From a plasmid, in the sequence record CP132210.1: a DNA stretch of 64,000 nt. One strand, given 5' to 3'. Below the pieces are notes generated by a model that was not told the DNA's origin, made no database searches, and saw nothing but the letters and a program-made list of their open reading frames with translations. This document shows positions 1 to 9,298 of the stretch, piece by piece (within the stretch, counting starts at the first letter, position 1; every line of letters begins with the position of its first letter). A program made the translations under genes and the position numbers.

Positions 1-1497
1 ACTTCTATCGTAGGCAAAGAGTCTACGGTCAAGAAGGTTGTCCGGAAGATACAGGGTAAGAAAAAGGAACTGCCAATCGGACAGCCCTGGATTCACGGGG
101 TAGAGCCAAAAGAAGAGAAGTTGATGCAGCCGCTCAAGCACACCGAGGGGCATTCGCTGATCGTTGGGACCACTGGCTCGGGCAAGACCCGTATGTTCGA
201 CATCCTGATTTCACAGGCCATTCTCCGTGGTGAGGCCGTAATAATCATAGACCCGAAAGGGGATAAAGAGATGCGGGACAATGCTCGACGTGCCTGTGAA
301 GCTATGGGACAGCCGGAAAGGTTCGTCTCATTTCATCCGGCATTTCCAGAAGAATCGGTGCGTATTGACCCTCTGCGTAACTTCACCCGAGTGACTGAAA
401 TCGCTAGTCGTTTGGCCGCACTGATCCCGTCAGAAGCTGGGGCTGACCCGTTCAAGTCATTTGGCTGGCAAGCACTAAATAACATCGCGCAGGGTTTGGT
501 TCTTACTCATGATCGCCCCAACCTGACAAAGCTCCGCCGCTTCCTTGAGGGAGGTGCTGCTGGCCTGGTTATCAAGGCTGTTCAGGCCTACTCCGAACGA
601 GTGAAACCTGACTGGGAGGCAGAAGCAGCGGCCTATCTGGAGAAAGCGAAAAACGGTTCGCGTGAGAAGATTGCTTTCGCGTTGATGAAGTTCTACTACG
701 ACATCATCCAGCCTGAGCACCCGAACTCTGATCTGGAAGGCTTGCTGTCGATGTTCCAGCATGACCAAACCCACTTCTCCAAGATGGTGGCGAACCTTCT
801 GCCGATCATGAATATGCTGACGTCCGGGGAGCTCGGCCCTCTGCTATCTCCAGACTCATCTGATCTGAGTGACGAACGCCAGATCACCGACTCCGCAAAA
901 ATCATCAACAACGCTCAAGTAGCTTATCTGGGGCTCGACTCCCTGACAGACAACATGGTTGGTAGTGCTATGGGGTCCATCTTCCTGTCAGATCTGACAG
1001 CGGTTGCCGGTGACAGATACAACTACGGCGTCAACAACAGACCCGTAAACATCTTTGTGGATGAGGCTGCTGAGGTGATCAACGACCCATTCATTCAGCT
1101 TCTGAACAAAGGTCGCGGGGCGAAACTTCGTCTCTTCGTGGCGACTCAGACTTTTGCCGACTTCGCTGCCAGATTGGGCAGCAAAGACAAAGCGCTCCAG
1201 GTGCTGGGGAACATCAACAACACTTTTGCTCTGCGTATTGTCGATGGTGAAACCCAGGAATATATCGCGGATAACCTGCCAAAGACCCGGCTCAAGTACG
1301 TCATGCGGACTCAAGGCCAGAACACGGATGGTAAGGAGCCCATCATGCACGGAGGCAACCAAGGTGAGCGTTTGATGGAGGAGGAGGCGGATCTGTTCCC
1401 TGCCCAGTTGCTGGGGATGCTTCCGAACCTGGAATACATAGCCAAGATTTCAGGCGGAACAATCGTAAAAGGCCGTCTGCCCATATTGACCCAGTAA
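1..1497 (+). CDS. traD: Conjugative coupling protein TraD/VirD4-like, C-terminal part (gene begins upstream of window)
   Basis: Reading frame open from position 1 into ORF 121..1497; Walker A GTTGSGKT and Walker-B-like IIIDPKGD; first gene of a GI-type T4SS cluster. Confidence 0.8.
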   Translation, partial: TSIVGKESTVKKVVRKIQGKKKELPIGQPWIHGVEPKEEKLMQPLKHTEGHSLIVGTTGSGKTRMFDILISQAILRGEAVIIIDPKGDKEMRDNARRACEAMGQPERFVSFHPAFPEESVRIDPLRNFTRVTEIASRLAALIPSEAGADPFKSFGWQALNNIAQGLVLTHDRPNLTKLRRFLEGGAAGLVIKAVQAYSERVKPDWEAEAAAYLEKAKNGSREKIAFALMKFYYDIIQPEHPNSDLEGLLSMFQHDQTHFSKMVANLLPIMNMLTSGELGPLLSPDSSDLSDERQITDSAKIINNAQVAYLGLDSLTDNMVGSAMGSIFLSDLTAVAGDRYNYGVNNRPVNIFVDEAAEVINDPFIQLLNKGRGAKLRLFVATQTFADFAARLGSKDKALQVLGNINNTFALRIVDGETQEYIADNLPKTRLKYVMRTQGQNTDGKEPIMHGGNQGERLMEEEADLFPAQLLGMLPNLEYIAKISGGTIVKGRLPILTQ

Positions 1498-1546
1498 GAG
1501 CAGAGCTATGTGTGACAAGAAGTATAGAGATTATGAGGTAGCCATC

Positions 1547-2092
1547 ATGGTCGATGTGAACCCGTTTGACCGGGTTATGAATGAGTTGAAAAGTCGTGGC
1601 CGCAAGAACGCTCATATCCTGAGCATCCTTCAATTCGACTGGCCCGCATCGGAGGTCATCATCGAGAAGCTGAGCTGTTACATCACAGATGGGATTAAGG
1701 CCAATCAGCAGCCTGTGATTTACCCGATCATTGAAGAAGCTCTGCATCGCTACAGCCAGCTCGTGTTTCATGAGCAGAGAGAAAAGTATGAGGACCCGGC
1801 CAGAATAGGGGCATTTCTGGAAACCCTGATCACTGAAACTTGCCGGGCGTTGGAAGTGCAAATTGTCGATAGTGGTGGCGATTCATGGTCTGTCGATTCA
1901 GGAGAGTCGTTCTCACTTTGGCTTTCTTCCCATCCAGGAGAACTATCCATTAACCCGCAGCCTCATGAGGATGAGACCTCTTTGCGTGGCTTGCTGTATG
2001 AGCTCATCACCTGTGAGAGTGTGAAAACTGTTTTAAGGAGAACCGACTATGAAGAAGCCGTGGTTACTGGTCGCATGGCTGCTGGTTATTGA
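1547..2092 (+). CDS. ICE T4SS-associated protein, function unknown (alternative start 1508)
   Basis: ORF 1508..2092; internal ATG at 1547 has a better-spaced GAGG RBS; sits between traD and T4SS membrane proteins. Confidence 0.45.
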   Translation: MVDVNPFDRVMNELKSRGRKNAHILSILQFDWPASEVIIEKLSCYITDGIKANQQPVIYPIIEEALHRYSQLVFHEQREKYEDPARIGAFLETLITETCRALEVQIVDSGGDSWSVDSGESFSLWLSSHPGELSINPQPHEDETSLRGLLYELITCESVKTVLRRTDYEEAVVTGRMAAGY

Positions 2093-2678
2093 GCTGCTGG
2101 CGATATTGCTGTTGATCCCTGGCGACTGGACAGACAAAGCCATCAAAAGGGAATCCGTGCTGGTGGAGCAGAGTCTTGGGGTCGAAGCAAGAGACTGGAT
2201 ACAGAGCAAAGCATCTACCTGGTTTAGATCGAGCGTTATTGATTCCGGTTTCTATGAGGGGATGTACCAAACGCTGATCCCATCAGAAGAGGAACGCCAG
2301 AAGTCCAAGGGAATGCAGGATATGGGGCAGGGCTGGTTTGTTTGGGTCAAAGGCCGCATGGAAGCTTTTGTCAACGTCATTTACCAGTTCTACACACGGT
2401 TAGCGCTATTGTCCGCGTGGGCTCCCTATATGCTGATCCTGTTCGCGCCTGCGGTATATGACGGGATGATGACATGGCGAATTAAGCGGACCAACTTCGA
2501 TTATGCGAGTCCGGTTCTCCATCGTTATAGCGTTCGCGGAACGATGTACCTGATGGTCGGATTGTTCATCGCGTTCTTCATCCCCATAGCGCTCGATCCG
2601 GTTGTCATTCCGATAACAATGATGACGTGCTGTGTCCTCATTGGCCTGACGTTCGGCAACCTCCAGAAACGGGTATAG
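2049..2678 (+). CDS. ICE T4SS inner-membrane protein (multi-TM)
   Basis: 209-aa ORF with strongly hydrophobic N-terminal and C-terminal segments; conserved position in GI-type T4SS operon. Confidence 0.55.
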   Translation: MKKPWLLVAWLLVIELLAILLLIPGDWTDKAIKRESVLVEQSLGVEARDWIQSKASTWFRSSVIDSGFYEGMYQTLIPSEEERQKSKGMQDMGQGWFVWVKGRMEAFVNVIYQFYTRLALLSAWAPYMLILFAPAVYDGMMTWRIKRTNFDYASPVLHRYSVRGTMYLMVGLFIAFFIPIALDPVVIPITMMTCCVLIGLTFGNLQKRV

Positions 2679-2688
2679 GGAGGGGGAG

Positions 2689-3135
2689 ATGAGCTACTCC
2701 GTTATGAATCAAGATGGGGTGCATATGTGCGACATCCCATTGAGCGTCTACCAGGTGATACGTCGCCAATCCCTATCTGCGGGGTGGCTTTACTGGGAGC
2801 AGGGCTTGAATTTGGTGAAGGTGCTCATTGCTTGCGTCGTCAAAATGTTCTTTGTGATGCCGGTGATCTGGTTCTGGGTGCTGGTGGCGTGCCGCCTAAT
2901 TGAACCTGAACGCATCTCTGACGTGTCAGGACTTTTATCTCCGGACGTGATCGGGTGGGCCGCTGGCGCGGCCATCACCCTCATTATCTTTTCCGTTTTT
3001 ACACGCCCTGCTATGTACGGATACCACAACTATTTCAAGCAGCATATTTGCTCAAGAATAAAGCAAGTAACGCCGGAACTCAGGACAGTCACTGGGCCAC
3101 TGTTCTTCTACCGAAACGAAATTGGAACGATATAG
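2689..3135 (+). CDS. Membrane protein, unknown function
   Basis: 148-aa ORF, GGAGGGGGAG RBS before ATG, several TM helices. Confidence 0.5.
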   Translation: MSYSVMNQDGVHMCDIPLSVYQVIRRQSLSAGWLYWEQGLNLVKVLIACVVKMFFVMPVIWFWVLVACRLIEPERISDVSGLLSPDVIGWAAGAAITLIIFSVFTRPAMYGYHNYFKQHICSRIKQVTPELRTVTGPLFFYRNEIGTI

Positions 3136-3144
3136 AGAGGAACC

Positions 3145-3522
3145 ATGAAAGTAACCAATAAATTCCAACTGCTGGCACTGGGGCTGTTTATGGCCGGTAG
3201 TGCCATAGCATCTCCCGATGTACTGAATGACGACGCAAAGCTCAAGAACCTTGAGAAGGTGTGTCCTGACTGTGAGATGGTTGCAAGAGATGTACTCAAC
3301 CTTCGGGTTGAAAACTGCCAGCTAAAAAACACCTCCAGTGCAATGATGATAGCCACTATGCAAAGTGATCCCATGTTTTCGTTTATGCTGGCGGTACACA
3401 CGGCGGCTGGTGGAGATGCCTATAAAACAGTGCTGGGGGCTGCTGCCGCCCATGTTGACTGCGAAAACCCGTTGAGCTGGGTCAAGTTGACCCAACAAGC
3501 AATTAAAGGAGGCAAAGCCTAA
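3145..3522 (+). CDS. Secreted small protein (signal peptide, 4 Cys)
   Basis: N-terminal LALGLFMAGSAIASP signal-like sequence; RBS GAGAGGAA; stop overlaps next start (ATGA-type coupling at 3522). Confidence 0.5.
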   Translation: MKVTNKFQLLALGLFMAGSAIASPDVLNDDAKLKNLEKVCPDCEMVARDVLNLRVENCQLKNTSSAMMIATMQSDPMFSFMLAVHTAAGGDAYKTVLGAAAAHVDCENPLSWVKLTQQAIKGGKA

Positions 3523-4184
3523 TGAGCAAAAGCGATTTCTTTTTTGGCAAAGTGTATAACGGAAGCGATGGAGCCACTCTAGGACTTAGTGATTTGGAAC
3601 CTCTGACGCGAAAGGTGTCAGCAGCGTTCTTCACCGCACAACTGAATAGAATGTTGAAAGAGCATGGTGGCCGGTTAACGATCAGCGATGGAACCTCATA
3701 TCCCCGCTTTTGGAGCTTCATCGACAAGGTTGATCCGGAGCAGGTTGGTTTCGTCGAGATCTACGCTCGTCAGGATGTTAACGATAGTGTTGAAGCAACA
3801 CTGGCGTGTGACATCGTTTTGGTAAATGGTGTAATAACCGTTAAATCTCACTGGTGTGCCTACAAAGACGTCCGAGCTGGCGAAGTGATCTCCACATTAC
3901 TCGTCCCTTTGCATTTGAAAGCCCTACAGGACAAGGCTTATATCCGTTGGGATAATGGCGAAACGGAACCGCTGCTTCAAGATGACGATCACAAGGCTGA
4001 GCTTGAGAGGGTATTTAAGGTTTCCAAGTACCCATCGGCTATGACCTGGGGCGATACGGTTGACCAAAATGCCAAGGCGTACATGATGGACCTTGAGTGC
4101 GCTACGGACGTTGGTCGTCGCGGTGTCTCGTCAGAACAAGCATGGGATGCTTATCAGGAACTCCGACACAACAAAACAATGTGA
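3522..4184 (+). CDS. Hypothetical protein (T4SS operon)
   Basis: 220-aa ORF translationally coupled to upstream gene. Confidence 0.5.
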   Translation: MSKSDFFFGKVYNGSDGATLGLSDLEPLTRKVSAAFFTAQLNRMLKEHGGRLTISDGTSYPRFWSFIDKVDPEQVGFVEIYARQDVNDSVEATLACDIVLVNGVITVKSHWCAYKDVRAGEVISTLLVPLHLKALQDKAYIRWDNGETEPLLQDDDHKAELERVFKVSKYPSAMTWGDTVDQNAKAYMMDLECATDVGRRGVSSEQAWDAYQELRHNKTM

Positions 4185-4362
4185 AACAAGCGGCCATTGG
4201 CCGCTTTAAACTTTCACATGTGAAAGTTTTTCGCCCTTCTTTCCTACCCCGCACGAATAAACCTTATCGCGGTGCCCAAAATGGGCAGCAACAGCACTGT
4301 GCCAAGATTGTTCAATTAAGAGACGATTGCTCCGGGATAATGACAAGTTATTTGGAGGGTCT

Positions 4363-4506
4363 ATGTCCGCACATGCTCATGCCAGAGAAAGTGAAAGCTC
4401 ATCTGGTTCATTCGTCTCCTGGCAACTCCTTGTCTGGCAGGTGATGTTCGCTATCGGTGTCGTTGCTGGGGTTAACCTGGAACACACCTACAATTTTCTT
4501 GGTTAA
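4363..4506 (+). CDS. Possible 47-aa membrane peptide (below ORF-track cutoff)
   Basis: ATG at 4363 with GGAGGG RBS 5 nt upstream; encodes MSAHAHARESESSSGSFVSWQLLVWQVMFAIGVVAGVNLEHTYNFLG with one TM helix; ends just before RBS of 4519 gene. Confidence 0.3.
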   Translation: MSAHAHARESESSSGSFVSWQLLVWQVMFAIGVVAGVNLEHTYNFLG

Positions 4507-4518
4507 GGGGAGGGTGGT

Positions 4519-4866
4519 GTGAACGTAAATAAACAGTTTTTTTGGTTCCTGATGAATGCGGTACTGATGTGCATCTTCATCATTCCTGTAGCAGTCGCGT
4601 TTTGGTTGTCAGCTTTTGCGGCAGGTTTCGACTGGGGTCAGTGGGTTAACCTGGCTGCTGATGCAGCCAGCCGAGCTGCAAGTGACCCGGCCAAGGCTTT
4701 GGGAACGGTTCAGACCTACTGGGGCATCCTCAGTTTCTTCCTATTGGCTGCGTACAGTCTGCTGTTCAAGTTTAGAGCCAATGCCAACGAGTCAGTCGAG
4801 CTTGCTGCTGTGGTTGGCGTTTCGGCTTCGAGAAAAGACTCGGAAGCAACTCCTCAAAATCAATAA
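4519..4866 (+). CDS. Small T4SS membrane protein (GTG start)
   Basis: 115-aa ORF, GGGGAGGG RBS then GTG; two TM helices; followed by a rho-independent terminator. Confidence 0.5.
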   Translation: MNVNKQFFWFLMNAVLMCIFIIPVAVAFWLSAFAAGFDWGQWVNLAADAASRAASDPAKALGTVQTYWGILSFFLLAAYSLLFKFRANANESVELAAVVGVSASRKDSEATPQNQ

Positions 4867-4888
4867 CCGCTCCAGTAAACGCAAAAGA

Positions 4889-4911
4889 GGTGGCTCAGGC
4901 CGCCTTTTTTA
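4889..4911 (+). terminator. Rho-independent terminator
   Basis: GGTGGC-TCAG-GCCGCC stem (one G-U) followed by TTTTTT. Confidence 0.55.
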
Positions 4912-5008
4912 TTTGTCGCTGGAAGTGCCCGAAAAGGGCGCGAAGCCGTGGCAGAAAATCAGTGACCCTGAATGAAAATACAGGCCACAAGGAAAAAAGA
5001 GGGTTGCT

Positions 5009-5290
5009 ATGAAGCCTGTAAAGATACCGCGTCGGGTCGATGAGCCCCCGCATCTGCTGTTGTGGAGCGCAGATGAGCTGGCCCCGATGCTTTTGGGGCT
5101 AACGATAGGAGTCGTCATCGGTAAAGCTCTGGTCTGCTTTTTAGGGGGGTTGCTTGTAACCAACCTTTATCGCCGGTTCAGAGATAACCATCCGGATGGA
5201 TACCTGCTCCACATGATCTACTGGGCCGGGTTTATCGTGACCAAGGCCAAATCTCTCAAGAACCCGTTTGTCCGGAGGTATTTGCCTTGA
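5009..5290 (+). CDS. TraL/VirB3-like small membrane protein
   Basis: 93 aa, central TM hairpin, position ahead of TraE/K/B-like genes as in F-like and GI-type T4SS. Confidence 0.55.
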   Translation: MKPVKIPRRVDEPPHLLLWSADELAPMLLGLTIGVVIGKALVCFLGGLLVTNLYRRFRDNHPDGYLLHMIYWAGFIVTKAKSLKNPFVRRYLP

Positions 5291-5913
5291 ACCTGAAAAA
5301 GTATCTCAAGACCTGGGAAGGAACCCAAACAGAAAATAAGTGGGGTCGAATCTTCCAGGGTGGTCTTATCGTTATCGTTTTCCTGCTGGTGATCCAAGTA
5401 TTTAGCAAGGAAACCATCGTCACTCTCCAGCCTTTCACGCTTACGGAAGAAGCCTGGGTGACGAAAAGCAATGCCTCTCAGTCATACAAGGAGGCTTGGG
5501 CCTTCGCTTTTGCTCAGCTCCTTGGCAACGTGACTCCCGGAACCGTGGACTTTGTGAAGGAGCGGATCACCCCGCTACTCTCCCCGAGCATCTATCAGGA
5601 CGTGATTGATGCCATCGAAATTCAAGCTCAACAAATCAAGAACGACCGCGTAACTATGCGGTTCGAGCCTCGTTTTGTTGAGTACGAGCCCAAGAGCGAC
5701 AAAGTGTTTGTCTACGGATATTCCTATGTCAAGGGGGCTTCTTCTAATGAAGATCGTAGCGAACGCACCTATGAGTTCGCTCTCAAGATTTCAAACTACG
5801 CGCCAGTGCTGGACTACATCGAAACCTATGTGGGAAAGCCACGCACCAAAACTGTTTTGGAGCAACTCCAGCGTAAAGAAGAGAATCGGAGAAAGCATGA
5901 AGAGCAACGCTAA
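5287..5913 (+). CDS. TraE/VirB8-like protein
   Basis: 208 aa, single N-terminal TM then periplasmic domain; ATGA overlap with upstream gene; gene order TraL-E-K-B. Confidence 0.6.
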   Translation: MNLKKYLKTWEGTQTENKWGRIFQGGLIVIVFLLVIQVFSKETIVTLQPFTLTEEAWVTKSNASQSYKEAWAFAFAQLLGNVTPGTVDFVKERITPLLSPSIYQDVIDAIEIQAQQIKNDRVTMRFEPRFVEYEPKSDKVFVYGYSYVKGASSNEDRSERTYEFALKISNYAPVLDYIETYVGKPRTKTVLEQLQRKEENRRKHEEQR

Positions 5914-6814
5914 ACTTTCGCTCCTGGCGCTGTCCTTGGCGCTCGGAACATCACTGGCTTATGCCTCGGATGACATTCCTATTGTTCCGGCAAGCGTTAT
6001 GAAAAAAGACGTCCCAGCATATGTTTCGTCAGGGCAAGTCACAAATGAAGTAATGGGGAGTGTGAATGAAAACCCCGTGCTGACCATGAAGCCTGGAGTG
6101 AACCAAATAATCCCGATTGCAATTGGTCATCCGAATCGTGTGGTCACACCGTTTGGCAATCCGGAGATTGTATCCACTTCACTGACTGGAGGAACCGATG
6201 CCGGTCAATGTGGGGAAGTCTGTATCAAAGAAAACGTGGTCTATGTCGCTACGGATAAGCAATATCCCGTGACAATGTTCATTACAGAAAAAGGCTCAGA
6301 AGCTCAGGCGCTAAGCCTAACGATGGTTCCTCGTCGGATTCCACCGCGAGAAGTATTTCTCAGACTCGATGGGAATGTAGGAATCAGCGGCGCATTAGCT
6401 AACTCCAAGGCGGAGAGTTGGGAACAGAGTCAGCCTTATGTTGAAACGATTCGCTCGGTGTTTCGTAAGGTTGCCCTTGGTGAAATCCCCCAAGGTTACA
6501 CGATGAACCGTATCCCTACTGGAGCCGCAGTGCCTAGCTGTTCTCATCCGGGGATTAAGGTGGATTTCAGCAAGGGGCAATACATGATGGGCCACCACCT
6601 GAACGTCTTCATTGGCGTGGCCCAGAACGTTTCTAGTCAGCCCATCGAGTTCAAGGAGGCCTTGTGCGGAAGCTGGGATGTGGCTGCGGTGACTACATGG
6701 CCGCTTAACGTACTTGAACCAGGCCAGAAGACTGAACTGTATGTAGCGAAGAAGCAAATGCGTGGCATCTCGTCTACTTCTAAGCGCCCATCGCTGCTGG
6801 GGGGTGCCCAATGA
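5897..6814 (+). CDS. TraK/VirB9-like periplasmic/OM protein
   Basis: Start at ATG 5897 (MKSNAKLSLLALSLALGTSLAYA signal peptide) inside ORF 5675..6814; overlaps TraE-like stop. Confidence 0.6.
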   Translation: MKSNAKLSLLALSLALGTSLAYASDDIPIVPASVMKKDVPAYVSSGQVTNEVMGSVNENPVLTMKPGVNQIIPIAIGHPNRVVTPFGNPEIVSTSLTGGTDAGQCGEVCIKENVVYVATDKQYPVTMFITEKGSEAQALSLTMVPRRIPPREVFLRLDGNVGISGALANSKAESWEQSQPYVETIRSVFRKVALGEIPQGYTMNRIPTGAAVPSCSHPGIKVDFSKGQYMMGHHLNVFIGVAQNVSSQPIEFKEALCGSWDVAAVTTWPLNVLEPGQKTELYVAKKQMRGISSTSKRPSLLGGAQ

Positions 6815-8127
6815 TTAAGCAGTTTTGGACAGGATTAGATCCCAACAAAAAGCGGTGGGTTGCTATTTCTGGTGGCGTTTTCGTTCTTTTTACTGTCGTA
6901 ACAATCTTCTCTGGAGAATCGAAGCAAGAAGAGAAGCGCGGTCGGCAAGAAACTATCAAGCATGTCCTTACTGACAAAAATACCCGTGAGATCGGCATAG
7001 ATTCGCTTTCTGCCGATGTGAAAATGGTGTCTCGTGAAAATTCGGATCTGAAAAAGGAGCTGGAGAGAGTTAAAAGAGAGCTGGGGGAAACGAAGGAAAC
7101 TGCCGGTAAATCCAGCGATGTCGGTAGGGAGATTTCTCGCTTACGCCAAGACCTTGAGAGCTTGACGCAGAAAAATATTGAGCTTGCCAAGAAGGTTGAT
7201 AGCGGTGCTTCTGGTGGAAAAAAAGCTTCACCATCAGGGGATACCAGATCCGATGTCAATGGCACACCTGGCGGTGATGCTCAGTTCGTAGAGAAAAAGT
7301 TGGACTACAAAGACCCGGCATCTTTCTTCCGAGAAGCACCGCTCCCGGACTCGAAAGGTGGCGCTCCTGCAACTGGAAAAGGTGATGGCCGCGATGCCAC
7401 CAAGCCCGGCATCCAGATTGTGAGCTACTCACAGAAAACTCCAGAAGTTGATGTGAAAGAGGGAAAAGATGATGAGTCCCTCTACCTGCCATCAGGCTCG
7501 ATTATGACGGGTGTGCTTATCAATGGTATGGATGCGCCAACTTCCCAGGGAGCGAGGAGAGACCCATTCCCATCAACCCTTAGGATTCAAAAAGAAGCCA
7601 TATTGCCTAATCGTTTCCGTGCGGATGTCAGAGAGTGTTTCCTGATTGTTTCGGGCTATGGCGACCTTAGTTCTGAACGGGCATACCTACGTGGTGAGAC
7701 ATTTTCTTGTGTCAGGGAAGACGGAGGGGTGATTGAAGCAAGGCTTGACTCTTATGCGGTGGGTGAAGACGGAAAGGCAGGTGTTCGAGGCCGTGTTGTG
7801 TCGAAGCAAGGGCAAATTATCGCCAAGAGCCTGATGGCGGGATTCCTCGGTGGCGTGTCGGAGGCCTTTGATGTCAACCCTGTGCCTGTCGTTAACACCA
7901 ACCCAGGGTCAACTACACAGTATCAATCTGTGTTCTCTAACCAGATGTTGCAGGGGGCTGCCGTGAAGGGGGCGAGTAAAGCTCTGGATCGTATCGCTCA
8001 ATTCTATATCGACATGGCAGAGGGCATTTTCCCTGTAATAGAAGTCGATGCTGGCCGTCAGGTGGACATCATTGTGACAAAGGGAACCAATCTACAAATT
8101 CGTTCCACCGGGGGCGCTAAGAAATGA
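6811..8127 (+). CDS. TraB/VirB10-like protein
   Basis: 438 aa; N-terminal TM, coiled-coil/charged region, Gly/Pro-rich linker, C-terminal beta-domain; ATGA overlap. Confidence 0.65.
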   Translation: MIKQFWTGLDPNKKRWVAISGGVFVLFTVVTIFSGESKQEEKRGRQETIKHVLTDKNTREIGIDSLSADVKMVSRENSDLKKELERVKRELGETKETAGKSSDVGREISRLRQDLESLTQKNIELAKKVDSGASGGKKASPSGDTRSDVNGTPGGDAQFVEKKLDYKDPASFFREAPLPDSKGGAPATGKGDGRDATKPGIQIVSYSQKTPEVDVKEGKDDESLYLPSGSIMTGVLINGMDAPTSQGARRDPFPSTLRIQKEAILPNRFRADVRECFLIVSGYGDLSSERAYLRGETFSCVREDGGVIEARLDSYAVGEDGKAGVRGRVVSKQGQIIAKSLMAGFLGGVSEAFDVNPVPVVNTNPGSTTQYQSVFSNQMLQGAAVKGASKALDRIAQFYIDMAEGIFPVIEVDAGRQVDIIVTKGTNLQIRSTGGAKK

Positions 8128-8702
8128 AAAATCTGAACATTTTGACCAGAAAGGGCAGTTACAGAGGCGAGGCTCAAAAGGAGCAGGCAGTAAGATCCGC
8201 AAAGATGTTGGGAATGGGAGCAGTTCTTCTTGTTCTGTCGGGTTGCTCCTCTTTCAACATCGGTAGCGATGAGTATGGCTGTCCGGGAATGCCGAGTGGC
8301 GTTCAGTGTATGTCAGCGAGAGATGTTTATTCCGCAACTAATGACGGAAACGTCCCTCGCCCAATGAAGCCTGAGGAAGTCAAGGCCAAAGCGGAAGCGG
8401 ATGGCGGAGGTTCCTCTGACGTTTCAGTGAGCTCATCTAACTCCGGGGATTCAGTTATCGACAATTATGTCGCGCCGCGTCTTCCGGATCGCCCAATTCC
8501 AATTCGCACACCTGCGCAGGTTATGCGGATTTGGGTAGCTCCCTGGGAGGACACCAATGGTGATCTCATCGTGACAGGGTATGTCTACACCGAAATTGAG
8601 CCTCGCAGGTGGGTAATTGGGGATGGCGCGCCGCAAAGTGAGCCAGTTTTGAGACCGCTGCAAACGGTAACACACGAACCGAAGTCTGAAACAACTAAAT
8701 AG
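8124..8702 (+). CDS. TraV-like lipoprotein
   Basis: Lipobox LVLSGCSS after hydrophobic stretch (true start may be ATG 8205); ATGA overlap with upstream. Confidence 0.55.
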   Translation: MKNLNILTRKGSYRGEAQKEQAVRSAKMLGMGAVLLVLSGCSSFNIGSDEYGCPGMPSGVQCMSARDVYSATNDGNVPRPMKPEEVKAKAEADGGGSSDVSVSSSNSGDSVIDNYVAPRLPDRPIPIRTPAQVMRIWVAPWEDTNGDLIVTGYVYTEIEPRRWVIGDGAPQSEPVLRPLQTVTHEPKSETTK

Positions 8703-8714
8703 GAGATGTTCTTG

Positions 8715-9098
8715 ATGAACGAAAATCAGTTGGCGAATGCCTCAAGTAAAAAAAATGCACTCTTCCTCTTGTTGGGGGTGATGGTCGTCGCCTTTCTGCT
8801 GGTGCCTGATCAGGCACACGCAGGCAATGGTGGTGGAGCGTTTGAAGACGTATGGGTAACTCTCAAAGATTGGACTCAAGGTACTTTGGGTCGAATCGTT
8901 GCGGGTTCGATGATCTTGGTCGGCATTGTCGGCGGTATCGCTCGCCAGAGCCTCATGGCTTTTGCTATGGGTATCGGTGGTGGTATGGGCCTGTACAACT
9001 CTCCGACCGTAGTGGAGTCCATCATGTCTGCCACCCTGGAAAATGCGGAGAAGGTTATCCCGACGGTTGTACAACTCAGCAATGGCTTGGGCCTGTAA
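8715..9098 (+). CDS. Pilin-like T4SS protein (hydrophobic, two TM)
   Basis: 127 aa from second ATG (better GGAG spacing); possible leader cleaved after AHA; Gly-rich TM segments. Confidence 0.5.
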   Translation: MNENQLANASSKKNALFLLLGVMVVAFLLVPDQAHAGNGGGAFEDVWVTLKDWTQGTLGRIVAGSMILVGIVGGIARQSLMAFAMGIGGGMGLYNSPTVVESIMSATLENAEKVIPTVVQLSNGLGL

Positions 9099-9130
9099 AA
9101 GCCACTTCGCCATTAATGGTCGATTGATAT

Positions 9131-9159
9131 GGGCAGCCTAAACGCTGCCCTTATTTTTT
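9131..9159 (+). terminator. Rho-independent terminator
   Basis: GGGCAGC-CTAAAC-GCTGCCC stem then TTATTTTTT. Confidence 0.7.
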
Positions 9160-9298
9160 GGGAAAAAATCTAGTCATAACAAATTTCAACTCTTTCCTCA
9201 TTTGCTCAAAAAGGGCACTTTCACAGCCCATGTTTATGCACTCCTTCCCGTAACCTCCAGCATTGGGTTCTTGTAACTCAAAACGAATGGAGAATGCG

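Noticed and set aside
4097-4444. 115-aa ORF overlapping the end of the 3522..4184 gene
   Set aside because: No RBS, overlaps a better-supported gene, and crosses the intergenic region that contains a palindrome and the small 4363 ORF.
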